Origin: Candidatus Poribacteria bacterium
Lineage (GTDB): Bacteria > Poribacteria > WGA-4E > WGA-3G
Direction of reading: 5' to 3'
Assembly (NCBI GenBank): GCA_965215265.1
Contig: OZ244048.1
Coordinates: 4,320,001 to 4,384,000, forward strand
Length of the DNA: 64,000 nucleotides
The position numbers were made by a program, and so were the translations under genes. A model generated the notes under the pieces. That model saw nothing but the letters and a program-made list of their open reading frames with translations, was not told where the DNA came from and did not search any database. This document shows positions 21,041 through 31,368 of this stretch, piece after piece (position 1 is the stretch's first letter; every line of letters begins with the position of its first letter).

Positions 21041-22912
21041 ATCTGAAGAACGAAGTCTTTCAAGAGTGGTTTTCAATTTCGGAATCAAGGGGGCATCGAG
21101 CAAAAAAACGACATGAGGTTCATGCCCAAGGCGCGCGTAGAACCGTGCTGATGTGTTTATTTCTGAACTGGCATCGTCAGACGTTGTTTTCAACGGTGCT
21201 TCCGTGCTGCCAATTTGCAGCGTATAGGTTTGCTGATTCCTTAATCCAACGGTAATCTGTATCTGTGGTGAATTGAAACCGGTTGTCGCAGCATCCGGGA
21301 CAACCGGTAAAAATTCCTCAACTTTCAAATCATCAAGTTCATAGATAATGGCGTTTACTTCGGCATTGTTCGCGTCTGCACGCACAGGCGAGATGAGCCG
21401 CCAATTGGTAGCGAGACGTTGGCATATCAACGAAACATCCTCATATTTTAACTCAAGCCGATTCACATCGTCAATACTGAAGTCGAGAATCTGTTTATTC
21501 CGTAACCATGCAACACCTGTTGCGATTTTGTCTATGAGTGCACGGTTGACAAGGGAAATTTGGACTGTATCGTGCGATTTGACATAGACAGTCTCGCCTT
21601 GGTATCTACCGATAAGTAGCACTGCAGAAGCTTCTTCACCGCGTTGTGTGAAGGAAACCCGTATGCGTGGCGTATCTAAGCCGTATGATGCCAAATTTTT
21701 AACAGGATTGTCGAAAAATTCAACCGCTTTAAGAGAATCTACTCCAAAAAGCAGTTCATCAACGGCGGTTGCATCTGCCTTTATTTGGCTAGACGAATTT
21801 CCGGGTTCCCTCGTTAATAGCCATGTGTCATCATAGTTTTTGACAGAGACAATTTTTTCCATTCCATGTGCCGTAGTTGTACTTTGTAATTGAATCTCAA
21901 ATCGAATTGTGTCAGTGCGTTGAAAGTCTAGGATGCGCTTGTCACGCAAGTCAAAAGCAGTTTTATTGAGTTGCGCGTAGATGTTATCAACAACGGTATA
22001 TACCGAATTTTGATGGATAGGTTTTACATACCGCAGCTGATTTTTATTTCCGGGAACGGGTGAACCGATCTGGAGCCCGAACGTGCCCTCTCTGGCTTTG
22101 AGTATAACCGATAATTGAGGCGGCTGCAACCCATATTTTTCTTTAAGGGTGTATTTCCAATTCTGTCCGTTTATAGTATCATCAGCCTCAAACGTCGAGA
22201 TCTGAAGTGAACTGAGGGCAGAGAAAATTGTCTCAATCTCTTGTATATCTGCTTTTGCAGAAAATGGATGTGTCATTGTCCAAGTATTTCCCGTTTTTTC
22301 ACACCGGAGCGCTTCTGCATTATCATTGACTACCCTTAGTTCCGAAACTGCCTTCGGATTAAATTTCACGGCGGTTTTATCACGGAGATCGGCCGGTGCC
22401 TTCGTCAGATCATCAAGTGCACTAGATTCAATTAGGAAGATGTGAGATTCGGATTTTTCTTTGCAATAGACAGAAAAGTTAATCGCCTTTTTCCCAATGA
22501 GGAAGGTTTTGGGCGAAACTGTCAAGTCTGTCCAGAGGGAAGCTGTGATATTGGGTATATCCAGACCATACTGTTCGAGTTCCTTAACTTCAAGGGTTTG
22601 CTTGATGCGTTTGTTGAGGAAGTTATCCAGCAGCTCGTTAACTTTTTGGTCATCTGCGTCAGCAGGAACGGGTTGGGTCAATTGCCATGCTCCTTCTGTA
22701 TTTTTTGTTAATGTTAACGGCTGATAGGAAGCCTCATCTGCAAATGAGAGACGAATCTGCTGAACGTTTTGCTGCGGTAAGCTGTATACCTGATGAAGTC
22801 GAAGTTTTTCGTCTTCGGCTGCCTTATCCTCTTGTTGCTGAAAAAAAAGGAAATAGGCACCGGCGACGGCGGCTAACAGCACGATAATGATAAACGTAGT
22901 GCGGAAGTTCAT
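21035..22912 (-). CDS. DUF4340 domain-containing membrane-anchored protein
   Basis: N-terminal TM, three repeats with W.L..P...AD / YGLD.P / LRDK; last gene of an ABC permease-GldG-DUF4340 set. Confidence 0.85.
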   Translation of the reverse strand: MNFRTTFIIIVLLAAVAGAYFLFFQQQEDKAAEDEKLRLHQVYSLPQQNVQQIRLSFADEASYQPLTLTKNTEGAWQLTQPVPADADDQKVNELLDNFLNKRIKQTLEVKELEQYGLDIPNITASLWTDLTVSPKTFLIGKKAINFSVYCKEKSESHIFLIESSALDDLTKAPADLRDKTAVKFNPKAVSELRVVNDNAEALRCEKTGNTWTMTHPFSAKADIQEIETIFSALSSLQISTFEADDTINGQNWKYTLKEKYGLQPPQLSVILKAREGTFGLQIGSPVPGNKNQLRYVKPIHQNSVYTVVDNIYAQLNKTAFDLRDKRILDFQRTDTIRFEIQLQSTTTAHGMEKIVSVKNYDDTWLLTREPGNSSSQIKADATAVDELLFGVDSLKAVEFFDNPVKNLASYGLDTPRIRVSFTQRGEEASAVLLIGRYQGETVYVKSHDTVQISLVNRALIDKIATGVAWLRNKQILDFSIDDVNRLELKYEDVSLICQRLATNWRLISPVRADANNAEVNAIIYELDDLKVEEFLPVVPDAATTGFNSPQIQITVGLRNQQTYTLQIGSTEAPLKTTSDDASSEINTSARFYARLGHEPHVVFLLDAPLIPKLKTTLERLRSSDF

Positions 22913-23139
22913 TTTTTTAGTATAGTGCAGCGCGTCAACTTTTTCGTCTATTGGAGCCCTATCAAGGCGTAGCTATTGCTAAATCCTGTGTACATCTCGG
23001 CTGAGCCTTTTGATGTTTTGATTTTTAGAGACATTCCCTAAGTCATCTCCGACGAGATTTACACACGAGTTATCATTACATAGACGTTGATGGTACGGAG
23101 ATATACGAAAAACCTTTGTGGTGCCGCAGTATACGAAAG
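22913..23139. repeat. Family-1 full copy (~22941-23112) nested between the arm stubs of an older copy
   Basis: Near-exact reverse complement of 20806-20978; flanked by TTTTAGTATAGTGCAGC and GCCGCAGTATACGAAAG. Confidence 0.85.
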
Positions 23140-23252
23140 CCTCCATTTGTCTACCGATTCGGTTAGGTAAGTTTGGGCAATATTTCTCTGAGCGTTATGC
23201 TTCAAAGACTACTGGACTTATAGTTCTGTTTATATTTTGGTTTGCAAATGGC

Positions 23253-24908
23253 TCAGCTGCGGCGTTGCCACCAAACAACAAGTCCTGCAATAAATATGAT
23301 TAAGGGAATCAAAAATACCGCGAGTATCTGCACCAAAACGGCCTCTTGTGCCAGCATTGGGCGGAGTGCCAGTTTTTGAAAATCAATTGGACTGATAGCA
23401 ATGAGGTCTTCCTCTAATGTAAGCCAATTGATGACTGCTAGGAACAGAGTGTGGTTTTCAGGTCTTAGAATGCCGATTTGAGGGTAATTTGAAGCAAAGT
23501 CTGAGTCTCCAAAGACAACGATTCGCGGAAGACGATCTTTACCCCAATTCGGATGCCAATCTTTTTGCTCAGCCCCCCCCGCTTTTTTCTCTTCAACGGC
23601 GGCTGCAATCGACACCGGCGGGGGCGTATCGATGCCGGGGTTGTAAGATGGATTTGTGACGACGTTTCTATCAAATTCGGCTTCACCCCAACTGACTCCT
23701 GTTTCTCCAACTGTTTTTGCCAAGGATTTAACACTGAGCCTTACTGGAATGTCTTCGATAGGCGTAACAGAACGTGTACCGCGAAACGGAATCAGTGTGC
23801 CTTGGAGCGCTCGTGTAATTTCATGTTGTTCAAAGTCGGGCAAGATCATAGTAGCACCATAGATGGAAAGGCGGGCCTGGTCTATCACCAAGTCATTTCC
23901 TACCTCAATGCCCCACTTCTGCATGAATTGAATGAGTTCTCTATTTGATGATGTTGCTGGTTCAAAAAGCAAAAGTAATTTTCCATCTCGGGCGAGGTAT
24001 TCAGTGAGCAGGTTTATTTCAACTTGCGTTAAAGCGGTTTTTGGTGCTGCAATGACAAGTACCGCGCAATCTGCAGGGATGCTCGGCTGCAAAAGTGAAG
24101 AGAAGGATAAAACAGCATAATTCTGATTTTCTAACGCCTCTTTCGCGCCACTATACCCTAACGGTGTGAGGTCGTCAATACTCCGTTCTTCATGGCCAGT
24201 GAGGAAATAGATTTTTTTCGTTTCATTCCGGATGAGTTTAAGCAGCGCATTTGTGAATTTCTGTTCGTCTACGGAGGTTACCTTTTCAATTCGGTTCGTT
24301 CCAATGTTTGTTTTTGCAGGTATAGAGGCATTGTTGACAGTTTGCAGGGTTGCAACACTTTCAAAAACGATTGTTCCGTCTCTAACATCATATTTATCAG
24401 CAAGTAGGTTGTCAATATAGGGATTTACAAACGAAACGGTTAGGAATTCGTTCTCGCGTTCATAGAGTGTCAACATGTCTTTGGCGCGTTCAAATTCGAG
24501 TGGACTGTTGGCACTGCCAGTGAAAAATGCTGTTGCATGAATAGGACTGTTGAGAGATTTAAGGACGTTTTTCGTCTGTTCTGACAGCGTATGAAGTTGA
24601 TGCTGGGTTAAATCTTTCCTTTTATCAAACCTTTGTGCGACAATCACATTGATGAAAATGGCGATACCGATAACACCGATGATACTTATCGCGACATTTG
24701 CACCGTAGCGTGCTTGGCGACTGACAAAGAAGCTAGCAAACTCGTTAAATCGTAAGCGTGCAAAAATCGCTAGGGCAGTTAGACAAATGAGAAGGCAGAG
24801 CCAAGCAGCAAGCGTCGCACCGAGTAAAAAACTCGCAATCGCAGTGAAACCGAAAATTAAAGCGATAAGCCCAAGGAGCGGGCCTGCCATGTTCTTACTT
24901 TTTGGCAT
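23253..24908 (-). CDS. GldG-family ABC-type transport auxiliary component
   Basis: RYGAN, DLT...HTLSEQT, IYFLTGHEE, LVIAAP, RIVVFGDSDF, C-terminal TM; the ORF-track start at 24977 lies inside a repeat. Confidence 0.85.
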   Translation of the reverse strand: MPKSKNMAGPLLGLIALIFGFTAIASFLLGATLAAWLCLLICLTALAIFARLRFNEFASFFVSRQARYGANVAISIIGVIGIAIFINVIVAQRFDKRKDLTQHQLHTLSEQTKNVLKSLNSPIHATAFFTGSANSPLEFERAKDMLTLYERENEFLTVSFVNPYIDNLLADKYDVRDGTIVFESVATLQTVNNASIPAKTNIGTNRIEKVTSVDEQKFTNALLKLIRNETKKIYFLTGHEERSIDDLTPLGYSGAKEALENQNYAVLSFSSLLQPSIPADCAVLVIAAPKTALTQVEINLLTEYLARDGKLLLLFEPATSSNRELIQFMQKWGIEVGNDLVIDQARLSIYGATMILPDFEQHEITRALQGTLIPFRGTRSVTPIEDIPVRLSVKSLAKTVGETGVSWGEAEFDRNVVTNPSYNPGIDTPPPVSIAAAVEEKKAGGAEQKDWHPNWGKDRLPRIVVFGDSDFASNYPQIGILRPENHTLFLAVINWLTLEEDLIAISPIDFQKLALRPMLAQEAVLVQILAVFLIPLIIFIAGLVVWWQRRS

Positions 24909-24953
24909 CTTTCTATATCTCTGGACCATCATCGCGTTTGTTTTGATGGCTCG

Positions 24954-25148
24954 TTTTTTCGTATATCTCCGTACCATAAACGCTTATGCTTTGATAGCTC
25001 GTGTGTAAATCTTGGCAGGTTCGGTATTCTTTGTCTGTCCATGAGACAAGATAACCTTTTACCTGCCACCCACTGGGCAAGGTGAATTCCCTTTGCACAG
25101 GATTTAACATAGCAGCAACTGGCATCGGGCTCCTGTAGACAAAAAAAA
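24954..25148. repeat. Composite family-1/family-2 element
   Basis: Nearly identical to 37420-37613. Confidence 0.85.
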
Positions 25149-25167
25149 TCATTCACTATTTGTTCAA

Positions 25168-25893
25168 TTAACGCCATTTAGATGATTCAATTGACTTAAA
25201 AGTTGCGAATAGGCAAACGCTTGTAAAACTGCCATAGTAGACAACATCTTTGAGAACGATAACACCGCGTGCAAAATCGTAATAGTGCTCCGGCAAAGAT
25301 AGATAACTTAAGAATTTTCCGATGGCACCGGCGTGGGTTGAGAGGGCACCGATGACCCACAGCGTTATAAGCAGTCCGAAACTAGTTAGTGCCGCAACGA
25401 GTTGATTTTTGCTCATGGATGACATTAACACGCCTAACGCTAGAAAGGCAGAACCGATCAGGAGCAGACCTAAGTATCCACTGAGGAGTGTGCCGATATC
25501 CATGGGACCGAAACGGCGGGCAAGAAACGGAAAGAACAACGTCAATATAATCATTATGAGCAGCAGCGTCCAACTCGCTAGGAATTTTCCCAAGACGACT
25601 TGTCCATCGGTAATAGGTGAGGTTAGGAGAAGTTCAATTGTGCCAGATTTCCGCTCTTCGGCGAACAGTTTCATCGTTAAGACCGGTGTAAAAAAGAGTA
25701 GAATGACTGCCATATTTCCGAAGAGGGTATTCATAACAGCTATTCCGGAGCCGCCGTTTGTTGCTGCGGAGAGTAGGGCGATAGAAAATAGGAACCCTGA
25801 AATTGCTGTGAAGACAAAGCAGACAAAATAGGCGATAGGTGAAACAAAATAGGTATAGAGCTCTTTTGCACAAACAGCAATAATGTTTTTCAT
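25168..25893 (-). CDS. ABC-2 type transporter permease (GldF-like)
   Basis: KELYTYFVSPIAY, AEERKSGTIELLLTSP, VLGKFLA. Confidence 0.9.
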   Translation of the reverse strand: MKNIIAVCAKELYTYFVSPIAYFVCFVFTAISGFLFSIALLSAATNGGSGIAVMNTLFGNMAVILLFFTPVLTMKLFAEERKSGTIELLLTSPITDGQVVLGKFLASWTLLLIMIILTLFFPFLARRFGPMDIGTLLSGYLGLLLIGSAFLALGVLMSSMSKNQLVAALTSFGLLITLWVIGALSTHAGAIGKFLSYLSLPEHYYDFARGVIVLKDVVYYGSFTSVCLFATFKSIESSKWR

Positions 25894-25901
25894 TTTTTTA
25901 G

Positions 25902-26064
25902 TTTTTTGTATGCAGGTGCCCGATGCCAGTTGCTGCAATGTTAAATCTTGTGTACATCTCGTCGGAGCCGCTTTATGTTTAGAATCGTAGCATAAGAAGC
26001 TCTGAGGAGATGTACATCGGAGTTAACAAAACATAAACATGATGGGGTTCCTGTAGACAAAAAA
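25902..26064. repeat. Family-1 element, full copy
   Basis: TTTTTGTATGCAGGTGCCCGATGCC...GTACATCTCGTCGGAG...GAATC...GAGATGTAC...CCTGTAGACAAAAAA. Confidence 0.85.
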
Positions 26065-26067
26065 TCA

Positions 26068-26775
26068 TTATGCAAACTGCCTTTGGACTTTTCCGACAAA
26101 GAAAGGTCCGAGGGATTCAATGTATTTCGTTGTCTGTTCCGTCTGGCGCATGTCTTGGATAAGGCGTGACAGTGGATATAATTCTGGTCCGACTAACCCG
26201 ATAACGAATTCATTATCGTTGGTATCTAAGCCGAAGCATGCCAAGCGGATGTCACTGGCATATCCACCTGCGGCGTAATTGCGTCCGAGCATGGCGTGTT
26301 CGGCTAAAATTCGTCCGCGCTCACGTGGATCTAGGCGATAGAATTCAGGTTTGCGCCGCAACGGGTACCAAATCGCCCATGGAAATTGTGGGTTTAGAGC
26401 ATTTTGCCGCGGTTTGTTGATGAGCCACTGCTCCAGGTCCGGTTCTCGCCCGGTTGCATAGGTTCTGCCAATCATCGTCATTTCTGGACGATATGAAAGT
26501 GCTAAGAAGTTTGTGGATGCTAAAATCTCACGCACCTTTTTTAAGAGTTTTGTCGGCTCTTCTGCAATAAAGAGGATGCCGATCCCGGTTGGATGGTTCA
26601 AATCTTCGTATAAAACGGCGTTCAAACCGCTTGCCTCAAGTGGTTTAACGACATTCTCTGGTTTTGGACAGTCTTCAAAGACATGGAGTTGGAAAAACAG
26701 TCGCCGGTCAATAACCTGTGGTTTCCCGTCAATTGGGGTGCCGGCTTCTCGAATGTCCAGCGGTTCTGGCCTCAT
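26068..26775 (-). CDS. Chlorite dismutase / coproheme decarboxylase (HemQ-like) family protein
   Basis: WYPLRRKPEFY, EHAMLG, FGLDTNDNEFV, MRQTEQT; start taken at MRPEP. Confidence 0.8.
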   Translation of the reverse strand: MRPEPLDIREAGTPIDGKPQVIDRRLFFQLHVFEDCPKPENVVKPLEASGLNAVLYEDLNHPTGIGILFIAEEPTKLLKKVREILASTNFLALSYRPEMTMIGRTYATGREPDLEQWLINKPRQNALNPQFPWAIWYPLRRKPEFYRLDPRERGRILAEHAMLGRNYAAGGYASDIRLACFGLDTNDNEFVIGLVGPELYPLSRLIQDMRQTEQTTKYIESLGPFFVGKVQRQFA

Positions 26776-26899
26776 AGTTCTTTCTTTTTCAGTATGCATC
26801 TTTTTTGTGTTGCAAGTGGAATTCGCCTTTACAATCGGGTTCAGAAGGTTGAAACAGATGGCAACCCACTGGGAATACCTTATGCCTGCCACCACAGGT

Positions 26900-28462
26900 C
26901 TAATCTTTGTGTGTATAAGAGTCGCGAATCCACTCTTCTAACACCGTGTCGGGATTTTCGACGACTGTTTTTGGAAAATTAAAAGTTGATTGCCCAGTAT
27001 TCTGCTTAATGAGATTCAAGCCGTGCTGATAACTCTCTAGAATTTCATCACAAACTTTCTGGACATCTTGTTCTTGTGCAATTGCACGTTCGTAAATAAG
27101 TGCGGTTGCTTCGTCATCAAACCGGATCTGTAAGTTATGCTCACTGTAGAACTGTGCTTCGTAACGACGTACATGTTCTCGCATGAGGGTTTTTCGGTTA
27201 TAGTCTGTGTCTCCAATTATCCGCTTGAGTTCGGCCGCGGGTTTATCAACGACGGTATCGGTGACAACAAATTCCGTGACTCCGGTGGAGGGTAGTTCAA
27301 ATTTGTAGTCCCGCAAAACCTTCTCACAGACAGTCATTAACGCGCGTGCCCCAGTTTTCTGTTCGATGGCTTTTTCGGCAATGTGGTGCAATCCGTTATC
27401 TGCGAAAAGGACGTTGATACCATAAGCGCGGAAGGCGTTTTCATACTGCCGAATAATAGAGCCTTCGGCGTGTTTCAAAATATGAAAAAGGTCATCGACT
27501 GCGAGCTCGCGACACACAACATGTACGGGGACTCTTCCGATAAATTCAGGTTCGAACCCGTAGTCAATGAAATCCTTCGGTGTTACGTCATCCAAATAAC
27601 GGGCTGCATCATCAGCTTGGCTTACGACGTTTGCATTGAATCCGATTCTACTCTCATGCATCCGTTTCTTGATAATTTTCTCCATGCCGGTGAATGCTCC
27701 GCTGATAATAAACAGAATGTGGCGTGTATTAATAACCTCTTTTTCCACTTTCCCTCGTTTCTGAAATTCCATTGCTGCCTGCATTTGAGAGGCGACATCG
27801 TTGCCACTATGCAAATCAACTTCAGTTTCTTCCATCAATTTCAGCAGACCAATCTGCACGCCGCGGCCGCTTACGTCACGGCCAATAATGTTGGGCGGTG
27901 TTGCGATTTTATCTGCCTCATCCAGGTAGATAATCCCGTATTGTGCCAATTCGAGGTTATCCTCGGCTTGTGCGACGAGTTCTCGAATTAAGTCGTCTAC
28001 GTTTGCCCCGACGTACCCCGTTTCACTGAATCGGGTTGCATCCGCTTTAACAAAGGGGACGCCGATGAGCTTCGCGATGTGGCGTATGAGGTAGGTTTTA
28101 CCAACTCCTGTTGGACCGAGCATGACAATGTTCTGTTTAGAGTAGTCAGCATCGGCGGCTTCCGGATTCTCGTGACACTCCCTGACATGGTTGTAGTGGT
28201 CACATACGGCAATGGCGAGTGCCTTTTTCGCTTCATCCTGTTTGATCACGTACCGGTCCAAGTACTTCTTAATCTCCTTCGGCTTAAGGTCGAATTTCAG
28301 ATCGAAGTTTTTTTTCGGTGAGGGAATGTCTTCTTCTGGTGGTTCAGGTGTAGTTTGTGTTGCGGTTGCATTAATCAAGCGGACGCTGCCCCCGTATTTC
28401 TGATTCACGAAGTCTTGGAATTCTTTTTCAATCTCTTCTGGGGTTGGTATTTTGTTGCTCAT
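26900..28462 (-). CDS. ClpX-like AAA+ ATPase lacking the N-terminal zinc-binding domain
   Basis: GPTGVGKT, ADATRFSETGYVG, YLDEADK, RDVSGRGVQ, IGF loop, PEFIGR, TGARAL. Confidence 0.85.
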   Translation of the reverse strand: MSNKIPTPEEIEKEFQDFVNQKYGGSVRLINATATQTTPEPPEEDIPSPKKNFDLKFDLKPKEIKKYLDRYVIKQDEAKKALAIAVCDHYNHVRECHENPEAADADYSKQNIVMLGPTGVGKTYLIRHIAKLIGVPFVKADATRFSETGYVGANVDDLIRELVAQAEDNLELAQYGIIYLDEADKIATPPNIIGRDVSGRGVQIGLLKLMEETEVDLHSGNDVASQMQAAMEFQKRGKVEKEVINTRHILFIISGAFTGMEKIIKKRMHESRIGFNANVVSQADDAARYLDDVTPKDFIDYGFEPEFIGRVPVHVVCRELAVDDLFHILKHAEGSIIRQYENAFRAYGINVLFADNGLHHIAEKAIEQKTGARALMTVCEKVLRDYKFELPSTGVTEFVVTDTVVDKPAAELKRIIGDTDYNRKTLMREHVRRYEAQFYSEHNLQIRFDDEATALIYERAIAQEQDVQKVCDEILESYQHGLNLIKQNTGQSTFNFPKTVVENPDTVLEEWIRDSYTHKD

Positions 28463-28475
28463 CCATCCATCCTAT

Positions 28476-28630
28476 TTTTAGTATATCTCCGTACCATCAA
28501 GGGTTAGGTTTTGTAAAGTCCTGTGTAAATCTCGTCGGAGGCACCTTAGGCATAGCATAAGATGGCTCCGAGGAGATTTGTGAAGGTTTTAATATAGCAG
28601 CAGCCTTTATGGGGCTGCAGCAGACGAAAA
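28476..28630. repeat. Family-1 element overlapping the 3' end of the metE-like gene
   Basis: The right arm supplies the last codons (FSSAAAP*) of ORF 28607.. Confidence 0.8.
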
Positions 28631-29644
28631 TTCACTGCGAACGATTTCAGTACCAGTTACCATGGCTTTCAGTTTTGCGGCAGCTGCCCAACGTGCTGTT
28701 TGGCTAAATCCACAGTCGGGCGTAATAGCGAGTTTCTCAGGTCGTACGTGGTTTAGTGCTTTGCGGAGCAGTGCTGCGACATCTTCTGGTGTTTCTATGT
28801 AATAGTTTTTGACATCGATAAGTCCCGCGGCGAGTTCCTTATCATTGGGGAAATCGCTCCAGAGCTCAATTTCTGCCATTTCTCGGTTTGCAAATTCGAG
28901 GGCGAGCTGATCGAAATTGGCATCAAGGATATGGGGAAATAGTGGACGATACGAGCGCTTTCCGACTGCCCTACCTCGATAATTGCCGAAACAGATATGC
29001 AGTCCAATTTTAGCGGAAACGCCTTTAAGGGTGTGGTTAAACAGTTTCACGAACTCTTGGGGCCGGTCAGGATAAACGGCGTAAGAAGGTTCGTCTAATT
29101 GGATGAATTCTGCCCCTACTGCCACAAGGTTTCTGAGTTCAGCATTAATAATATTGGCGCATGCGTAAGCCACCTCCAGACGTTCTTTGTAGATGCCACC
29201 AGTCTGAATCCTTCCGGAGAGGGTAAAAGGGCCAGGGCATGTCACTTTGATGGGTTTAGTCGCTTCGGTTTTCGCGAATTCAAATTCGGAAAGAATACCC
29301 AATCCATCGGGTGCGGCAAGTGGGACGGTAGGGTTCCATTTACCGCGCTGATCGTGTCCGTCCGGACCTTGTGTTCTGGGGGCTGGCAGCGGCTCTAAGC
29401 CGATGAGGCGTTCATAGAACCCAAGCACGAAATCTTGCCGGCGCATTTCGCCTTCTGTAATAACGTCGATGCCCGCACGTTCTTGATCCGTGATTGCAAT
29501 GCGTACTGCATCGTTGAAGGTTTCGTCAATATCTGTTTCGCCGAGTTCACCGCGGCCGATTGCTTCCAATGTTACACAAAGCCAACTGGGTGGAGCGTAA
29601 CTACCAATCGTACTCGTGGGTATTAAAATATCCTTGTCTTTCAT
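28607..29644 (-). CDS. Cobalamin-independent methionine synthase II family protein
   Basis: IGSY, QERAGIDVITEGEMRR, IQLDEP, LHICFGN, PDCGF. Confidence 0.9.
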   Translation of the reverse strand: MKDKDILIPTSTIGSYAPPSWLCVTLEAIGRGELGETDIDETFNDAVRIAITDQERAGIDVITEGEMRRQDFVLGFYERLIGLEPLPAPRTQGPDGHDQRGKWNPTVPLAAPDGLGILSEFEFAKTEATKPIKVTCPGPFTLSGRIQTGGIYKERLEVAYACANIINAELRNLVAVGAEFIQLDEPSYAVYPDRPQEFVKLFNHTLKGVSAKIGLHICFGNYRGRAVGKRSYRPLFPHILDANFDQLALEFANREMAEIELWSDFPNDKELAAGLIDVKNYYIETPEDVAALLRKALNHVRPEKLAITPDCGFSQTARWAAAAKLKAMVTGTEIVRSEFSSAAAP

Positions 29645-29652
29645 AAGCCTTC

Positions 29653-29691
29653 TTTTAGTATATTTCAGCACATCAACGGAGATATACAAAA
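29653..29691. repeat. Minimal, internally deleted family-1 element (both ends only)
   Basis: TTTTAGTATATTTCAGCACATCAACGGAGATATACAAAA. Confidence 0.7.
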
Positions 29692-29753
29692 TCTATTTTT
29701 CGCGTGCTTGCAATCTTCAGGTGTAGCCGTATCGTATATGCGTTTGGCTACTC

Positions 29754-29804
29754 TTGACGGGTAAGGTATTGACCTCAGGTCAATACCTTTTCCCGTCAAT
29801 CTAC
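29754..29804. repeat. Family-2-related GTAG-led hairpin
   Basis: TTGACGGGTAAGGTATTGACC-TCA-GGTCAATACCTTTTCCCGTCAA followed by TCTAC (GTAGA on the minus strand). Confidence 0.75.
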
Positions 29805-29807
29805 GAT

Positions 29808-31361
29808 CTAACTTTTGATATTTGCATAAAAGAACGGGGGCATTGTCAGCGCTACTACATCGTCTACACCGGCGGAGATTTCGCGTGCGATAGCTAACGC
29901 ATCGTCAAGATTTTTCGCCCAGTCGACACCTAATCTTTGTGCGACACGGGGCTCCTTCGGCCCCACCAAAATAATCTTTGACAGATATTTGAGTGGGTAG
30001 GTTGCCCAATACCAGACGGTGAAGGGATGGAATCCGTGGTGTGCAAAACGGTTCCGATAGCAATCGATTAAGTATTCGTCAGTGGCATATTTTTCCTGAA
30101 ATTTCTGCTGCATCTCAAAGGGTTCGGTTGTTTCGCTTAGGACTTCCTCATAAAACTGCTTGTAGGCAACGTGATATTCTTCATGAAATACTTCATAAGT
30201 GGGGTTCATGATAATGACGGTGCCACCCCTTTTGATAAGTGGTTTGTTATAGAACCAGTTGAAAACGTAGCCTAAAATATCGCTCACGACAAGCACAGGA
30301 TTAATTCGGGCATCAACGGCGTAAGGGCTCATATCAGGCAGTCCGAAAACAAGTGTACTAAACTGGCGTGGAATGTCTATTGCAAGTTGTTCTTTCATTA
30401 ACGCCAAGGTATTTGGATGAACTTCGTCAATGTCCCCTGCGTTTAGCTGCATCGGTTCATAATCTGTCTGTACACTTTTGAGGATTTGATAGCGCAATGC
30501 TTCGGGTAAAAGGGCTAAGGTTGCCGGGGTGAAGGCTTTCAGTAACCGCTCAGCGAAGTTGCACTGACTGTTCGGTTTGCCGACGTATCGGAGATGAAAA
30601 GGATAGAGTGCGCCGTTCATTGCTGCTTCAAGGACAAAGATTGGTGTCTCTTTCTGGATGAGGCGGCTCATCCTCTCTATACAAGCGTGCATGTGTGAGC
30701 CGTCAGGTTGCATCACGTGCGGGCTATCCGCGGTCATCTGCGGGGAGTGATGTGGGGCGATGGATTTGTAAGTACCGAGCCCGACGGCGACGGATTTGTG
30801 GCCCCCGTTGAGCGGAATTTGAATCATATCGACATAGATGGCTAGATCGCTTTCCAGAACGGCTTTATCCGTTTCGACGATTTCGTCTTCTTCGGTTTCC
30901 CCCACTTGGACTATGTGTTCAACATCTTCAGCATCAAAGTTTCGGAGTTGTTGCGGATAGAACTCGTCCATAATGTTTTTGCCGAGCATGTCAGCCAATT
31001 CGTGTTGCTTCATCTTGCGGTGCAGGGCAACAGCACACATCAGTTGGATGTTCTTTTTTTCAACCCCATAGGCGTACAACATTTTAAGGAGTGTCTCAAT
31101 CATAATTTGACGCATGTCAGGTTTCTTCGTTGCTGGGAACGGTTGACAGTTATCGTCAAATAGGATGAGTACCTTTGAATTGCCGTTCACGAGTGCGCGC
31201 AATGGTGGCATCCCGAGTGGGTTTTCAAAGGCACGCTGTGTGTGTTCACTCAGCGCGGCACGCTTAATGCCGGGCATTGGAGGTTTGGCGTAATATACTT
31301 CCGACGAGTCGGGCAACTTCGCGTTGACAAGATGGTTTCCGAAATAGGTGAAGTATTTCAT
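29808..31361 (-). CDS. Lactate racemase (LarA/DUF2088) N-terminal domain-containing protein
   Basis: FENPLGMPPL, ILFDD, CAVALHRKM, FDAED, NGGHKSVAVG. Confidence 0.75.
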   Translation of the reverse strand: MKYFTYFGNHLVNAKLPDSSEVYYAKPPMPGIKRAALSEHTQRAFENPLGMPPLRALVNGNSKVLILFDDNCQPFPATKKPDMRQIMIETLLKMLYAYGVEKKNIQLMCAVALHRKMKQHELADMLGKNIMDEFYPQQLRNFDAEDVEHIVQVGETEEDEIVETDKAVLESDLAIYVDMIQIPLNGGHKSVAVGLGTYKSIAPHHSPQMTADSPHVMQPDGSHMHACIERMSRLIQKETPIFVLEAAMNGALYPFHLRYVGKPNSQCNFAERLLKAFTPATLALLPEALRYQILKSVQTDYEPMQLNAGDIDEVHPNTLALMKEQLAIDIPRQFSTLVFGLPDMSPYAVDARINPVLVVSDILGYVFNWFYNKPLIKRGGTVIIMNPTYEVFHEEYHVAYKQFYEEVLSETTEPFEMQQKFQEKYATDEYLIDCYRNRFAHHGFHPFTVWYWATYPLKYLSKIILVGPKEPRVAQRLGVDWAKNLDDALAIAREISAGVDDVVALTMPPFFYANIKS

Positions 31362-31368
31362 TCAGCGA

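Noticed and set aside
24913-25177. Repeated small ORFs and N-terminal extensions such as MIFFVYRSPMP, FCLQEPDASCC and MVRRYTK (also 31450, 37423, 37448, 52518)
   Set aside because: They are translations of the dispersed element; stops and indels differ between copies
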